Assembly (NCBI GenBank): GCA_010093815.1
Contig: ML996566.1
DNA length: 64,000 bases
From: Pseudovirgaria hyperparasitica
Lineage: Eukaryota
Strand: one strand, 5' to 3'
The notes under the pieces are model-generated. The model ran no database searches. It was not told where the DNA came from and saw nothing but the letters and a program-made list of their open reading frames with translations. A program made the translations under genes and the position numbers. The first letter of the stretch is position 1. Each line of letters begins with the position of its first letter. Shown here in pieces: positions 48,517 to 62,480 of the stretch.

Positions 48517-49938
48517 CTAGTCATCTGTCATACGCAACACACTCCGATCCACACTCAGCTTGCGATGACTCTGAATCCAGCTGACGGCATCAATCAGGTA
48601 CGGAATGAACCTGACGGGGTTCTCCGTGGCAGGGAAATGGCCGAGACCTTCCATGCTCTTGAATTGGGCACCCGGAATCTTCCTTGCCGTGGCCTCGCTC
48701 ATTTCCGGCGTGCAGCTCCAGTCGAACTCTCCGGTGAGCATGTAGACGGGGCATTTTGTCGTATTGATCTTGTCCACGCGGTCGCGCCCGTCCCAGCCGC
48801 CAAAGTAGAAGTCCAGGTCGCCGTGGAAGATGCCGTAGGCCTGCGCGCTGTACAGATGCCAGATCAGGGCTTTGTTGGTGAGCGGTGCAGTGGGCGCCAT
48901 CATGCCGTAGACGCGTTCCGGGTTGACAAGGGATTGGTTAAAGTACGGTGAGCGGTCAAAGTCCTCGCGCGGCATATCGAGGTGGTCACAGCTGGTTATG
49001 TCAGCATTATGGTACATGATAAGTTCAGGAGCTGATGAGTGGGAGTGGTGAGCTTACCCCTGAAGAGGAATCACACCGCCAGCGCCGACTTCGTCGTTAC
49101 GAATGGCAACTGCCAGACAGATCTGCCCGGCCATGGAGGCACCACACACAATTGGTCTCCGCAGACCAAGTCGTTTGACGACGGCCGCGATACAGCCAAC
49201 ATAGCTGTCCTCGGTGTTTGTGTGTGAGCCCGGGAAGTAGGCAGTACTAGGGAAGCTACGACCATGGCCAGGAAGATCGAAAGCGAACATAGTGCATCGG
49301 TCACGCATGCGCTTGTCGTTCATGACGGCGTGGTATTGCCGAGAATCGCTGCCGGCGGTATGTAGGAAAAGAAGTTGCTGCTTGCCCTGGCCGGCAGACT
49401 CGACAAAGATCTTCGTCTTGCCCCATACTGGAGCTTCGATCCAGAGGTATCGGCCGATGATGTAGTCTTCCTTGGGCTCGACGGGCTCCGGATCAAGCTG
49501 TGCTGGGCCGGCGTGAGCGTCATGGATGAGCTCCAGCACGCGACGCCAGACGTGTGTGTGGTGTACAAAGCTGTCCTTGTCGCCCAAAACCTCAATGCCC
49601 TTTTGCTTAATGTTCATGCCGAACATGCCCCAGTAGCTCTGGTATGGCGCCACAACGGTGGGCTTCATGAATTGCTCCCATTGTTCGGGCGTGGCTACAA
49701 GCGTAAAGGCAGCATCTTCAGCTGAGCCAACAGTGGCTTTGCCTTTGCCCTTCTCGACGTGGATGAGGAGGGTGGACGGATCGGCGGAGGACTTAATGCC
49801 AAAGGTAATTGGCTTGACGATGGCGTCAGTGGTGGTGAAAGCGAGGTACTGGCCGTCGCGGGCGAAAGAATCGGCGAGAGCAGTGGTGATCTTGTCGCCG
49901 CCGAGGGCAGAAGGGAAGTTGGAGAAGGTGGAAGCCAT
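48517..49938 (-). CDS. Alpha/beta hydrolase with an extra N-terminal (SCP2-like) domain; 2 exons
   Basis: FLHTAGSD, FDLPGHGRS, nucleophile elbow GASMAG, LTGEFD, LGHFPATENP. Intron 49057-48992. Confidence 0.88.
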
Positions 49939-51012
49939 GTTTGGAGAGGTGTTGCAACGCAGGATAGAGGAAGAAGTGGGAACAGAGTGACCTTTATTGG
50001 GTTGGGGAGGATAGATGGAGTAATCAATACCCCGCGGTCCAAGGGACGGGATGCACTTGACAGCTACTGGCACAGACTCCCGTACTAACGTTACCCATAG
50101 CTCACCATCAACGAGGTAGTTCACTCGTAGCTCGCAGTAGGCGTTGAGCAGCGTACTACGTAGAATCCAGAGGACGGCGCCATTAATTGGGCATTGCAAC
50201 GGTCGAAGGTGCACCAGCTGGCTATGATTGAATGCAACGTATATGCACAGTATTTCTACAGCAGATGTAGGAGGGGGTTGTAGTAGTGTTGTTATTGTTG
50301 TTGTCTCATCTCTTTACTCACTCTAGAATGACGCAGGGGCGGGGCAGCCAAGGCGGGGGCGGGGCTACAGTATAATACAGCACAGCACGGTATGTTACAG
50401 CACATAGAGGCCACGTGGGGAATGGGGAGGAATCCATTCACTCTCATATGTATCTCCTCCTATCCTTCACCATTCACTCGCTTCCTCTCCGCAACTATTA
50501 CTCTCTTCCAGCCATTTATCAGCACATTACTACCGTCATCGTCCACAATCCTCCCCGGCCATCACCGTCCAAGATCGACAGCAAGGAATATTCGGACTTG
50601 GCGGCCTTGGCTGTCTCTCTCTAATGGCGCAGGTAGAATATCACCCGCGGGCTATTGCACTCTCAAGCACCTCGGATCTCACCTCGGGAAGGTCAATCGC
50701 TGGACGACCATGTGACCACCAGTCATACACGTGACTGTAATATTCCACGTGACCCTATAGCACAATTATGTGCATCAACTAATCAATCGATCAATCCTAA
50801 AGCGGTAATATGAGACGGCTTCATGGTGTTGACTGTCACCCGATTGATATCTGTCCATTCCACTCTGGGATATGCTTATGATGGCGTCCACTTATATTCC
50901 TACATGACTTGCACATCTACCACCCACCACAAACGACTTAATACCCTATCATTGCACCGCCGCCCGCCTAACCTGTGAATGTAGATAGAATTATACTGTT
51001 ACACCTCCCCAA

Positions 51013-54000
51013 TCACTCCAATTCCGGACCTTGACCAACGCCTGCACTTCCGTTCTGCTCCGACGACGACACAGCCTCACCCATCCTCATCGTGGCCGCT
51101 GCACCGGCATCAGCATCAGTACCTCTTTGTCTCTTTCCGGTTCCCAGCCCTAGCCCCAGTCCACGAATTGCACGCCGCATGCTTTCCAGACGTGCCTTCT
51201 CTTGCACCACCATGCGTCGAGCCAGCTTCCTACACGCCTCTCGTCCCGTCCTGGCATGACTCTCCTGCCACGCCGCCAGTTCACCCGCTACCGTCTGCTG
51301 CGTGTACCGCAACTCTTTGCCCAAGCTCTCCAGTTCGCCGAGGCTCTTGTCCATCTTGTCTGCTGCATCGCGCTGGATACGGCTGCGCGTGTCGTCCAGC
51401 AACCCCAATGGCCAACGATCCGACCGTCGGATCGAGAGTGAGTGCCGCTCGATCGCTTTCTGTGACTGGCCCATCGACCCGATGAGGCTACTCGGACGGC
51501 CGAGCGCTGCGAGGATTGCCGTGATTGTGCTTGAGATGCCAACCATCGAGTAATAGAACCCTTGCATTGGCTCAGACTCCGACGGCCCGATTGCTTTTGT
51601 ATATCGTTCGTACGCTGCCACGTGTGTTGGAGGTAGGAATGCAAGTGATGCCAGCGCTGATGCGGACAGTGCTGCCGCCTCTGAAAGGTCTGTGCCTGCA
51701 GTGCGGACCTTGTTGCTGCGACGGACCACGCTCTTGGCCGAGTGATGTACGCTGCGGACTGACTCGAGCGCGTGCTGTACGAATGTCTCGACTTCACGCA
51801 CGTCACGCACGGGTGAGTATTCTTCTCGCACCCGCTCTGACCGTGTTTCAGCCTTGCGCCGGCTGCGTTCGGCAAGAAGCGACGGATCCATTTCAGGAAC
51901 AAGGAAGAATTCCCACACCATCTCGTGTGTCGAAAATGTAGAATGTCCGAGAAGTATCTTAAGGAAGGTGTCTAGTTGGACCTGGATATCTCGTAGTACT
52001 GCCCTTGATGGTTTCGACGGAATCAAAAATGGTGAAGGAAATTGCCCTATCGCCGGCAGCCATGACGCTGGCAGCTCTGTTGCCAGCCATCGAGACAGAT
52101 TCTCAAAGTCTGTCAGTGATCGGCGACATGTTGTGACCGTAATTGTCGAATTCTCGTTCGGCGCTCCCGACTTCAGCACCAGTCTGATACTGCCGTCCTC
52201 AACGAAGAAAGACCGTACAACCGTCGTTATGCGCCCGTCTTTCCCAGCATCGTTGCTCATGAGAATGAGATCGTCAATTCGATTGCGCACTTCGTCGTCT
52301 TTAGCAAGTTCAACTGCCGTGAGACCCCGCAAGTCTTTTGCTGCAACGTCAACCCGGGCATCTCCAAACAGTGCACGCACCAACTCTGTCCTGCCATACT
52401 TGCTGGCCACCATGAGTGGCGTAAAATGTCTCTCATTCGACGCATTCACGTCCGAGTCGGCATGATACAGCAGTCGTAGTGCTACTTGAGCATCGTTTGC
52501 GATATGAAGAAGTGTGTTGCCTTTACTGTCCATGTGCTCGTCCAGATGAAGAGCCTGCTCGTCTCCCTGCGCGCTTGTTGCTGCAGAAAGACCTTGTTCA
52601 ACCATCCACCGATACTTGTCATGATCGTAACATCTGCACAAGGCAAACAATGGAGTCTGTCCGTTCTTGTCCTTCAACGTCCAATCTATCAGATGTCCTA
52701 TCCGTGAGATGAGCTCCGGCTGGTTGAACATGTAATGACCTGCACATCGTCCTCTGTCATCTTGCTGCTTGATGTATGTCCTGGCCACATCCTCGTTCGG
52801 TGCGAGGTCGAGGATATAGTCCATAAGGACCTCCGATGTCGGCTCATGTCCAGACTGCACCGCAGCGCTCAGTAATGTCGTTCCCTCGTTGTTGCAGTCC
52901 TCGAGCACCTCATCCAGACCGAAGTAATCATGCAGGCTAAGCAAATATCCTAACGACTCCGCCTGTTTTGCTACAACTGCCATCATCAACACTGAGTCTC
53001 CGTCAGGCCCCTGCGTGTGACACAGTGTCTTGATTCCAGTGTCTCCCTCAACTCCACTGTATCCACTGGCCCTCGAGTCAACTGTGTCGCTCCGAGAGCG
53101 GTACGAATATAGCGACGAACTGGACATACTTCTAGTGTCCAATGTCACCCGCTTCTTCCGTTTCAGACCCATCTCACTCAAAGGTGGAGATGGGGCGTGT
53201 GCTCGTGCAAATGGGAAGACGTGAGCCAGCCCTGCTTCGCCCGGTACATCCGCTATCGATGATCTTTGACTGGACAATTGCGACATTGTAGGTGCTAGTG
53301 TCGTGCCTCCAATGGATAGGTTGTCTGTCGTATCATGGCTATTGGGTCTCCTGAGTCTATTCGTATACATCTCATTAGTGTGTCCATCTCCGTTGACGTT
53401 ACCCTGCTCCAATACTTCACGCATGACTGATATGTTGCCAGCCTTCGTTGCTTCCCACAGCTTTCTATTGCGTCGACTCGATTTCCTTAGACTCGCAGCG
53501 TCACTCGCTAGGTAAGACACAACGGCTTCGAAGGTGCTAAGTGCATAGCCAATCTCGCCGCTCTCCACGTCGTCGATGAAGATGAAGTGTCGCATGTAAG
53601 AGAGTCGCGCATGCAGATGTCGGATCGAAGACCGTATTACCACAATTAACAAAAGCGAAACAAGAGTATCAGCATTAACCGTCAGAGTCACCGATGGTTT
53701 TTCGACCTGCCCGCCGCCACCTTGAGCTGCCACAGTGTTACTTGCCAGAGTCTCGGGTGCCTCAGTTGTCAGTGCTTTTTGAGTGGACAAAAGGACGTCC
53801 ATCATCTCTTGTGGACTTTCCGCGACGCCCATCTTCTTGAATTCGGCGACAGCTTTTGTTAGACGTATCGTGAGCTCCCGTCGCCCCTCGCGCCCACCTT
53901 CGATTGGGACTCCAACTTGAGATATGTCCACATCGGTCATCTGACGTATGCGCTTCTCTAGTTCGACATCGTCTAGTTTACGAATCTGGCAGACCCGGGG

Positions 54001-55318
54001 AAATAACACAGATCCATGCACTTGCTCCGTGACATATCGCTCTATCATTCTTTCCACCATCGGACCGGTCAAATCTGTACTTGCACCCAGCAACGACAAC
54101 TGCGCCTTGTCTACCATCTGGAACAAGTCGATCGCAGCTGTGACGGCGGTTTCCAACGCAGTCCTCATGATATCCTCTTCGTCGCTTATCTCGATTTGTC
54201 GCGCCACACCACTGAATCGAGTGGAAACGGTACTGTGGATCGATATAGGCACGCTATTTGAAGAAGACACCGAACTACTGCGGCGATGGCGCTTCCGAGT
54301 GCTATCCTCAGCTGGTATGGCAGGCAACGGCTTGTCAAACTCTTTTCCGAATTCTTTGAACAATCGCTCCAATCCAGATTGCATCTGTCTCGCTATCATA
54401 GGGAAGTTGTTTAGGAGATCGTTAAATGATTTCACATCTTTCTTCTTCGGTGTAGCCGAAACGACATTGGTGTCTTTAGGCGACCTCGCTTCGGCCGGAC
54501 TCAGGGTGTTCCCCTTTGCTTCTTCGATTGGATATATTGCCGGAAGGATTGGAGTCTTCTCATATGTGCCCACGAGAGGCTTGGATATGTAGTAAATGAC
54601 CCACGCTGGTGCCTCAGTCGTGTCGGGATAATATATCACATCTTGAAGCAATTGGGCTTGGTTCAGCGTCTTGAATCCTGTATATCGGTCAGCAGAACTC
54701 TGTGGTATTGAGCGATCCAGATAGACTGAGCGCGCTCGTACAACTGAGCATGCACCCGAGGCCATGGGCTTCTGTAGTATCCTATATCCCTCAAATCGCG
54801 CTGAAGCCAACTATTGACTTTTGATACCAGATCCACTGAGTTTGTTGCGCGAGTTCAGTGTTTCGCGTCCATTCTCGGTAGCAGATCTAGGACCGGAGGG
54901 TGTCTCACCTTTATTACTGTAAACAAAGCTGTCCTTGATTATCACCGTTCGGCCATTGCACGTGGAGTACTGTTTCGCCTTCCCTCTACTTTCGCGGAAA
55001 TTATTGACATCTTTGCTATTGTTGGGCGGTATGAAACCTCCACCGGGTACACGTATGACATGGCTGGCTAGAAAGTCCTCCGAACTCGCAAGGTCGGTAT
55101 ACAGGGCATTCGTATCGTGATCCCGCGCATTCGAGAGGACTTCAGTGGTGGGGACAAGTAGGACCTGTTGGATGCGTAAGCAGGTGGAAGATTGGAGCTA
55201 CAACTGTTCACTGGTAACGATGGATGTTGAAAGCGCATACGTGATGTTGGACCGGCGAGCACTGCGCGGGTAATGTGCTGCGGAAGAAGGCCCGAAGAAA
55301 GGGATTTAGCGGGTGCAT
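51013..55318 (-). CDS. VPS9 + ankyrin + PX domain protein (Vrl1/UPF0507-like endosomal Rab GEF); 3 exons
   Basis: MHPLNPFLRAFF..|VLLVPTTE..; VPS9 motif NADTLVSLLL..GYALSTFEAV; ankyrin repeats GQTPLF, GNTLLH, FTPLMVASKYG; PX RRS..DF..HE.VWEF. Introns at about 55240-55165 and 54908-54678. Confidence 0.88.
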
Positions 55319-55809
55319 CCAATCGACGGCGACATCGACGATATAGATTCCTGAAAAGATGCCTCAAGCTCGAGGCGGTCCTCCAGGCGCGCCGTGTAGG
55401 TGTTTTCGATGCGAGACGGAGAGAGCAGGCTGACAGTGGTCGCAAGGTGGCGATAAAAGCAGGTTTGGCAATAAGACTGTTGTACTGCCAATTGCGATGT
55501 AGCTAGTGGCTGAGGTGCATGTATCATGAGAAGAAAGAAGGTCAATAGAACGAGGTTTAGGCGCGTGTATAATTAGGTGAACTTTAATCGATGAGGCCGC
55601 GCTGGACGTGACCAGTGAATCGTCATTCGACCGCCACGTGAAAGTGCCCGATCCCCCGACTTAAAATTGCTGCCTCATTAAGGCCCCAATAAAGCTCTAT
55701 CATTAAGGTCGCACACAGCATGTGCAATATTTGATAAAGGATCTTCCTCGATACCAATAAAGAATAACAGAACTCCAGTGTTTTATTATTGTGGTGTCTA
55801 GATGCCCCC

Positions 55810-57860
55810 TTATGCCTGTGGCCCGCGTGAAGGACCCTTTACATGCATCTCAATAACATGACCATCTTCCTTCCACGAGTTGACTCGCGCGAGATCTTCT
55901 TGCGATGAAGAGCTGCTAGATGCAGAACGACGCGAATCTTGCTTACCCGTGGCCTGGTTCTTCGCCTTCTTAGCCAGCCTGAAAATGAAAGGCAAATTAC
56001 CCTTTGGTTTCCAGGTCCAATATTCCTTTTGGTCCTCGTCACGTGGCACTATGCGATCGCCAGTGATAAGCGCAGTGAACCAAATCAGACTGTTTAGAGT
56101 GGCGTAGGTCATGATACCACTGATGTACATTAGTCTAGATTCTTTCAAAAGTGGTGACCTCACTTACGCGATAACACCATAGGCCACGGAGTAGCTGAAA
56201 GGAATGAACATCAGCGTAACGAATGCTGGAATGACATCCCCAATGTAGTTCCAGTTGATAGATGTAACTTGACGCATCATGGTGGCACCAACGATGATCA
56301 ATGTACATCCCGTAGCCTTTTGTTTGTCAGTCCATCATAACGTATATTGATTGACCGACTCACCCATGGAGGAATAGAAGCAAAGATAGGAGCGAAGAAA
56401 ACAGAAACTAAGAAACATAGCCCCGTCGTCATGGCTGTAAGACCAGTTCTGCCGCCCTCTGCGATTCCGGCGCCAGACTCGATATAAGCCGTCACAGGTG
56501 ACGTGCCAAGGAGAGCTCCTATAGATATAGAAATTGCGTCGACGGAGTAGGCGATAGTCGATCGCGGGAAATCACCCGTCTCCTTATCGAGACTACCCGA
56601 GATACGTGCCATACTATACATAGTAGCAGTACAATCGATGATATCAACATAAAGAAACGTGAAAAGAGCGAGAGCAAATTGTGTTGGTTTACTTCCAATG
56701 TTCCAGTCGATAGCGTTTAAAGTCTGATGTATCGGCCGGAAACTAGCAACCTGCTTGAAAAAGTTGAACATTTCATCTCCGGCCTCGGTATAGGGGAAAA
56801 AAGTGAATGACGTGCCCCGTGGCCACGAGATAATCGAGGTGACCATGATCCCAATGACAATGGCACTTTTGACTCGGTAAGCCATCAAGTACGCAGTTAG
56901 TATGCCGCCACAGAAGATTCCAATCCAGAGCGTAGGGTTTCGTAGCTTCTGTCCAGTGCAAAATCCGGTGACTGGATCCCGTGCACTCACTGGGCATCCC
57001 GCAAGATCCAAGGGAGTGGAGATGGAGCCTGTGATAGCTCCAATGCCAGCCGAGTAGCTCAAGCCAATCTCTGCGAGGAATAGACCGATACCACACGCAC
57101 TGGCAATCTTGAGGGAATGAGGTAGAAGCCTCACAAGCCATTGTCTCATGCCAAGAAGTGAAAGGGCTACAAAGATCAAACCTTCGATGAAGACAGCAGC
57201 CAAAGCAAGACGGTATGGGACTGGGCCGGTACCATGGAAGCCAACGACTTGATATGCAAAGTAGGCGTTCAGCCCCATGCCAGGACTACGCATGTTAACC
57301 GTTGTCTTCTCAATTGGCTGGCATCGAGACTTACGCGAGCGCTACAGGAAGATTAGTGAGGGCGCCCAGCATGAAAGAAGATAAAGCTGAGATGGCGGCT
57401 GTAGCAGTAATAAGATCGCGCTGGATGTCTACAGTATTCGTTAGCACACTTGATAGGGCAGGCAGTCACGAGTTGTAGCGCACCAAGTTTACACAGATTG
57501 TATTCTGTGTTTTGATCTAGACACATGCCAGAGGGGTCATTACATTCACAGGTCGCCCCAGAGTCTGCTAGTATGACTGCCTGTATGTAGTCAGTATCAA
57601 TCCCAACATGACATGCCATGACACATACGTTGACAGAGATGATATAAGCCATAGTGAAAAAAGTCGTGATACCAGCACGGACTTCGGTCAAGAATTTTGC
57701 ATTTTCAATTTCCTTATCCTGCCCAACTGTTAGACTTGGTTTATTGTGAAGCTCCTTTTCAACTTACGTGACCCGACCCGTCAAGACGATATATGCGGCC
57801 AATAGGAGAGACTGCGACAGCATTGTTGATGCTCTGGCCGGCAGCTCTGAGGTAGTCCAT
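55810..57860 (-). CDS. azgA: AzgA-family purine (adenine/guanine/hypoxanthine) permease; about 7 exons
   Basis: EVRAGITTFFTMAYI, PGMGLNAYFAY, GIGLFL, GTSPVTAYIESGAGIAEGGRTGLTA, FAPIFASIPPW; several short GT-AG introns. Confidence 0.92.
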
Positions 57861-60458
57861 AACGAAGGAAGGTGGAGAATGCGAGGGTATAACAAACAAA
57901 AAGATCTCAAGATGTTGAGCTGTGTATGAAGGAGTGGAGTTTCAGGGTAGGGGTCTACGAACAGATCGAAACACCCTCTGGTTAGGGTGTCTAACGTTGA
58001 CTATATAGCTCAGGATGGGATGGTAGAGCTGTGAGCAGACTAGTCGAGAGTACTCGCTAAGGTGAGAATGAATAGTCAACGGGGGTGTGTATGTTAACGG
58101 CCCCGGTAAGCCCTACTGCGGAGTGACTATTGTTAAGCCGACTGGATCCAGAGAATGTAGAGAAAAATGAAAGTGACGAACGGTTCGAGGGAAAGGCATG
58201 CCGAAGACAAAGGAGGGAGTATTAGATTATGACCTGGTTGCCGACGTTATCGAGTGGAGTTCGACGTGGCCCTGCGGCGCTGCACGAGTGATTAGGGTGA
58301 GGTGATGGTCTAGGATTCGGACAAAAGAGGATGTGAGAGGGACCGGGGTGGCGTCCTGCAATTGACAAGTCCGTCGGCGGGCCAGGCTCGATCCCCTTCA
58401 GGACCAAAGTCTGACGAGCCTATAAGATCGACATGAAACACTGAATCCAGAAACGATGGTGAGCTTTGTTGCAAACGTTAAACGGTGGCGGCATACTGGT
58501 TATGCGGCCACGGAACTTGCCTGGGGCACACCATCTCGCGAACATCTTGCCGGATCTACTATGACCTCGCAACCATTAGCCACGACTGTCCCGACGTTTT
58601 ACTGCAGGCGTGTCGTGTTGTTGTCGGCTTGTTTAGCAGAAGGATCCCGCCATCGTCCGTATCTCATGGTGGGCGGCACAAGGATCGTTCTGCTGGGTTG
58701 ATTAACATCCGAGGGGGTGAAAAAAAAGGCCCCGTGTGACGCTAAGAAAGGCTTGTTCTCTCAGGCTTAGGGCGCCTAATGCCTTTGTGGTATCGCATGC
58801 GGACTTCCTGCGTATACTAAGTAGTCTGTACGTAGAGTAGCAGAACGATATCGTATAACGGTGGAGTGGCTGCTGCTGTGGGAGCAGGGACAGTTGAATC
58901 ATGCGACATCATTTATGTCCTATTTCATAGTAGATTACCGTCGTCCGATGCCAGACAGATAGAGTTCACGGGCATGGAAACCCATGTTATCCAGACAAAG
59001 GATTACGCAAACAGGCTTGGAAGCGAAGTGGTTACTGGATCACGACAGTTGGCGGCCGAACCAAATATCCAGCCGTGTTATTGTCAAGGGTTGGGATGAA
59101 CAGAAGAACCAGGTGATGCTGGAGATGATAGCCGCAGTAGGATTGGTAGTGGTAGTGGTATTGGTGGTTTGTCTATAATTCCACCTGGCATAAAATCGTT
59201 CGGGGGGACTCACGCGGGCCGTTTGAAGTTTCCACGCCACCTAAAGACCTCGGGAAGGTACGGTACATGGAGGTGTTGTGGGTGTTGTGGTCGTGCCTTC
59301 TTCCTTCTTCCCAAGCTTTGAGGTTGTTTTGTCTCACCTGGCCCCCGCACTCCCACCCGGATCCGTGCTCGACTATAGCATTAAGTAAGCCGCTATCCGA
59401 AAGCGAAAGGCTCCACTATTTTGGCATTTCTGAACTCTAAAGCCTGCCGGACTCTTTGCTTATCTACACCTTCCACTTGCGCGTGTCCCGAAGTCTATCC
59501 AATGCTGTTGTGCCTACATCACTCTCGCTTCCATAGCGCGCGCGGTCAGTCGTTTGTGTAACCCTTGCAATATGCATCAGAAAAGCCGACTAAAGGGTTG
59601 AGAAATGCTGGAGAACCCTGGCCTTGACAATGGCGTTACGCTGCTCCCTTAGAACCAGAAAAAAAAGACGCAAAGTCTAGACAATGATAGCTTCATGCTT
59701 ATACGCGCTTGAACCTCCAAGCGACACTGCAGCCGAGACCTCGACGACGTCTACTTCCTACTATGATCACTCCGCGTCCGGCAATCTCCCAGCATGTCCG
59801 ATGAAAGGAGACATGGCCTCATACATTCATTACAAACGCATGCGAGAGATCGATCCATTGTCGTGTTCCGTACAGAGGGTACACTCAGGCCGGCTTCTAG
59901 GCCAAGTGGCCATCCATGGTTTCGATAGCTGCAAAGAGTAGATTAGTACTATTTACATGTCCTCGCTTTAGCGCGTGCTGTAGTGTGTAATGTGTACTAT
60001 GTATGTATGTACTATATAGCTAGTAGTAGTACTGTTGCATCCCAGTCCGGTGCCTCGGCCGCCAGCCGTCATAGGCTCATGGCGCCACCAGCTGGTCGGC
60101 AGGGCAGTGGACAAGTGGACACCCCCGGGCGCCCACCACCATCCCCCCTCCCCCCCTCCCCCATCCCAAAATGTCAGCTTTTCTGTCTATCTGGTATTTG
60201 CCCATCGTCGCCCAACTGAGGCGCGCCAGATGTCGCACGTACGTCGCGACCAAAATCTCGGTGCGGCTGCGATTACACTTTTGACATAATCCTCCTTGCC
60301 CCTGCTCCCGAGACTGGCGTTCTGTGCATATTACTTACTGCATTGCATGTCTACATCTCTCCGGTCATGTATTGACCTTCATCTCCATGGCTCACATTGT
60401 GTTATATCCTCGCTGCGTCACCTCCCACGTCTTTCTGGACTAACTTACCGCTTTCACC

Positions 60459-62480
60459 ATGTTTTCCGCAGATGTGTCTTGGGTTCAGGAGGACAGAGAG
60501 ACTGTGGGACAGAGGAAGGACAGGAAGCGAGCACAGTCAACCAAGAGTGCAGCCTCCAAGACCAGAGATTGTTCCAGCAGGGCATCCGACTCTGGCCATC
60601 GCGACACTCCAACAAATACTCGTCGCCCTGTGATAAGGAAGGCCAGTCAGGCCCAAAGCCTTAACAGTCACCCTGTTCATGTCGAGGATGCACGACCTCC
60701 TGTGCCGCAGTGGAATGACATTTGTGTCGAGGCACAGAAGTTCCTAACACCCACTCCCGAATTCGTGCTTGAGCAGATTTGCAAGCACGCTGACAGACTG
60801 TCAGACGACAATGATCTCTTGGCCCGCCGACGTAACCTTCATAAACACTCGCTACCAAGTATGTCTCATGCGGATAGACTCACTACATGTCTAACAGCCG
60901 CAGGCCTAACTAACAGCTATACCCCACGCTCCTCACAGGACACGGCGCTCTCTCGAGACCCTCGTGAAGAGGTCATGGATCATCTCTACGACGTTCACCA
61001 TCTTAATGGCGGTGACTTCGTCTCCCACACAAACACGCGAAGCACTAAAGTACGTTCGGACTCTAAGTTGCGTCACAGCATTATTTACGTGTCTCCTAGA
61101 TACTCACGCCGGAAGAATACTCACCGCGTATGCTGCCTGTCGATGGTTCGAGGGACGCATTAGAGGAAGCATATGAGAAGTGAGTCAGTGCCATTTCCAC
61201 GGGACCGATCATGCTGACTATCTACAGCGCCTCTCGATATAAGGTTCAGTCCCGCAGCCGCTATTCTCCCGAGGATCGCACTCAGGACTTGTCTTGGGGG
61301 TATGATCCAGCAATGGATATGACTTCCATGCAGCTGTCTATGTCGACCATGGATGCTTGGAAAGATCCAAACTACTGGGACGTTGTGCCACCAACCCCTA
61401 CCTCTATTTCAGAGGCGTCCATCGCTCCCTCATCGGATTCAGTTCATCGTGGGAACTACACCAGTGTTGAGGCAAATACTGGAGATTTAATCAACTTCCA
61501 GCGCTTCATCCGCAAGATGCAACAAGGTTCGCCGAAGATAATATTGGATCGACTGAACAAAGACTGGAGCCCACCCGCTACAGAAGAGGAACGCGATAAC
61601 CAGGCACTAGAAAAACACTTATGGGTACTTACCGCCTTCCAGCTCAAAAAGGAGGAGTCCGTCGGGCAACTGCCAGATAGTGAGCTTCAAAGTAGCGACC
61701 ATAGCGGAGATACCAAGCCCAAACATGTTCTAGAGATGTATGGCAACTTAGGTACGTCCTTCTCGAGCTTTCTTCATGCTACTTGCATCACTATCGATCG
61801 ACCTGGTAACTAATCGTCTCATAGCTGAGGTATACCAACTGTCCGCGATGAATCCGCACGACAAGATAAAATACTTGTCAACCCGCCAACAAAGCACGGT
61901 CCCTCTCCCATGCAACGTATCGTACTTGACCGTTCCGCATGCCGGCATGACGCCAATGCCATATGCCACGACATCATTCGACCGAATCCGAACATCATGT
62001 CTTCCATCTCTCATCCCGCTCACGAAGCTTCCTCCAATTCTGCAAGAATGCAATCGAATCCTCTGCCCCGGAGGCGTGATGGAGGTTCGAATCGTTCCTC
62101 CATCCCCGAAAAAAGAGACAATGGGGCCTAAAATGACTGAATGGATGAATGAACGACTGCTCATTAGCCTTGAACGTTCGTTTCGATCCTTACGACCTGC
62201 ACTGTCCATGCCAGGATGGCTCAAAGGCGCCGGTCTCATAGTGCAGCAACCTACGCAGGTCGTAAAGCTTCCGGCAGCGACCGATCCAGCGACAGAAGAC
62301 GTTGACAATGTCCTAGCAGCGCATATCGCACGGACCATGTGGGCTGACACTTGGGGTCAGCATATGGAGGATCGCCAAGACCAAGATCGTTGGTGGTGGC
62401 AGAGTGAAGAGATCGTGCAAGAGTGTGTTCAGTACGGTACAGTCTTCGAATTCGAAACCCTACTGGCGATCAAACAATGA
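60459..62480 (+). CDS. Hypothetical protein with a C-terminal degenerate class I SAM-methyltransferase-like domain; about 5 exons
   Basis: MPYATTSFDRI..LQECNRILCPGGVMEV resembles methyltransferase motifs II/III. Introns at about 60859-60903, 61050-61099, 61180-61227 and 61752-61825. Confidence 0.7.

Noticed and set aside
54678..54908. 231-nt intron of the VPS9 gene as a snoRNA host
   Set aside because: No box C. The ANANNA and ACA motifs present are too short to be significant, and I could not build a convincing two-hairpin structure.
57971..57990. 7-bp inverted repeat ACACCCT..AGGGTGT upstream of azgA
   Set aside because: Short enough to occur by chance. No purine-riboswitch or UaY (TCGG-N6-CCGA) consensus seen nearby.
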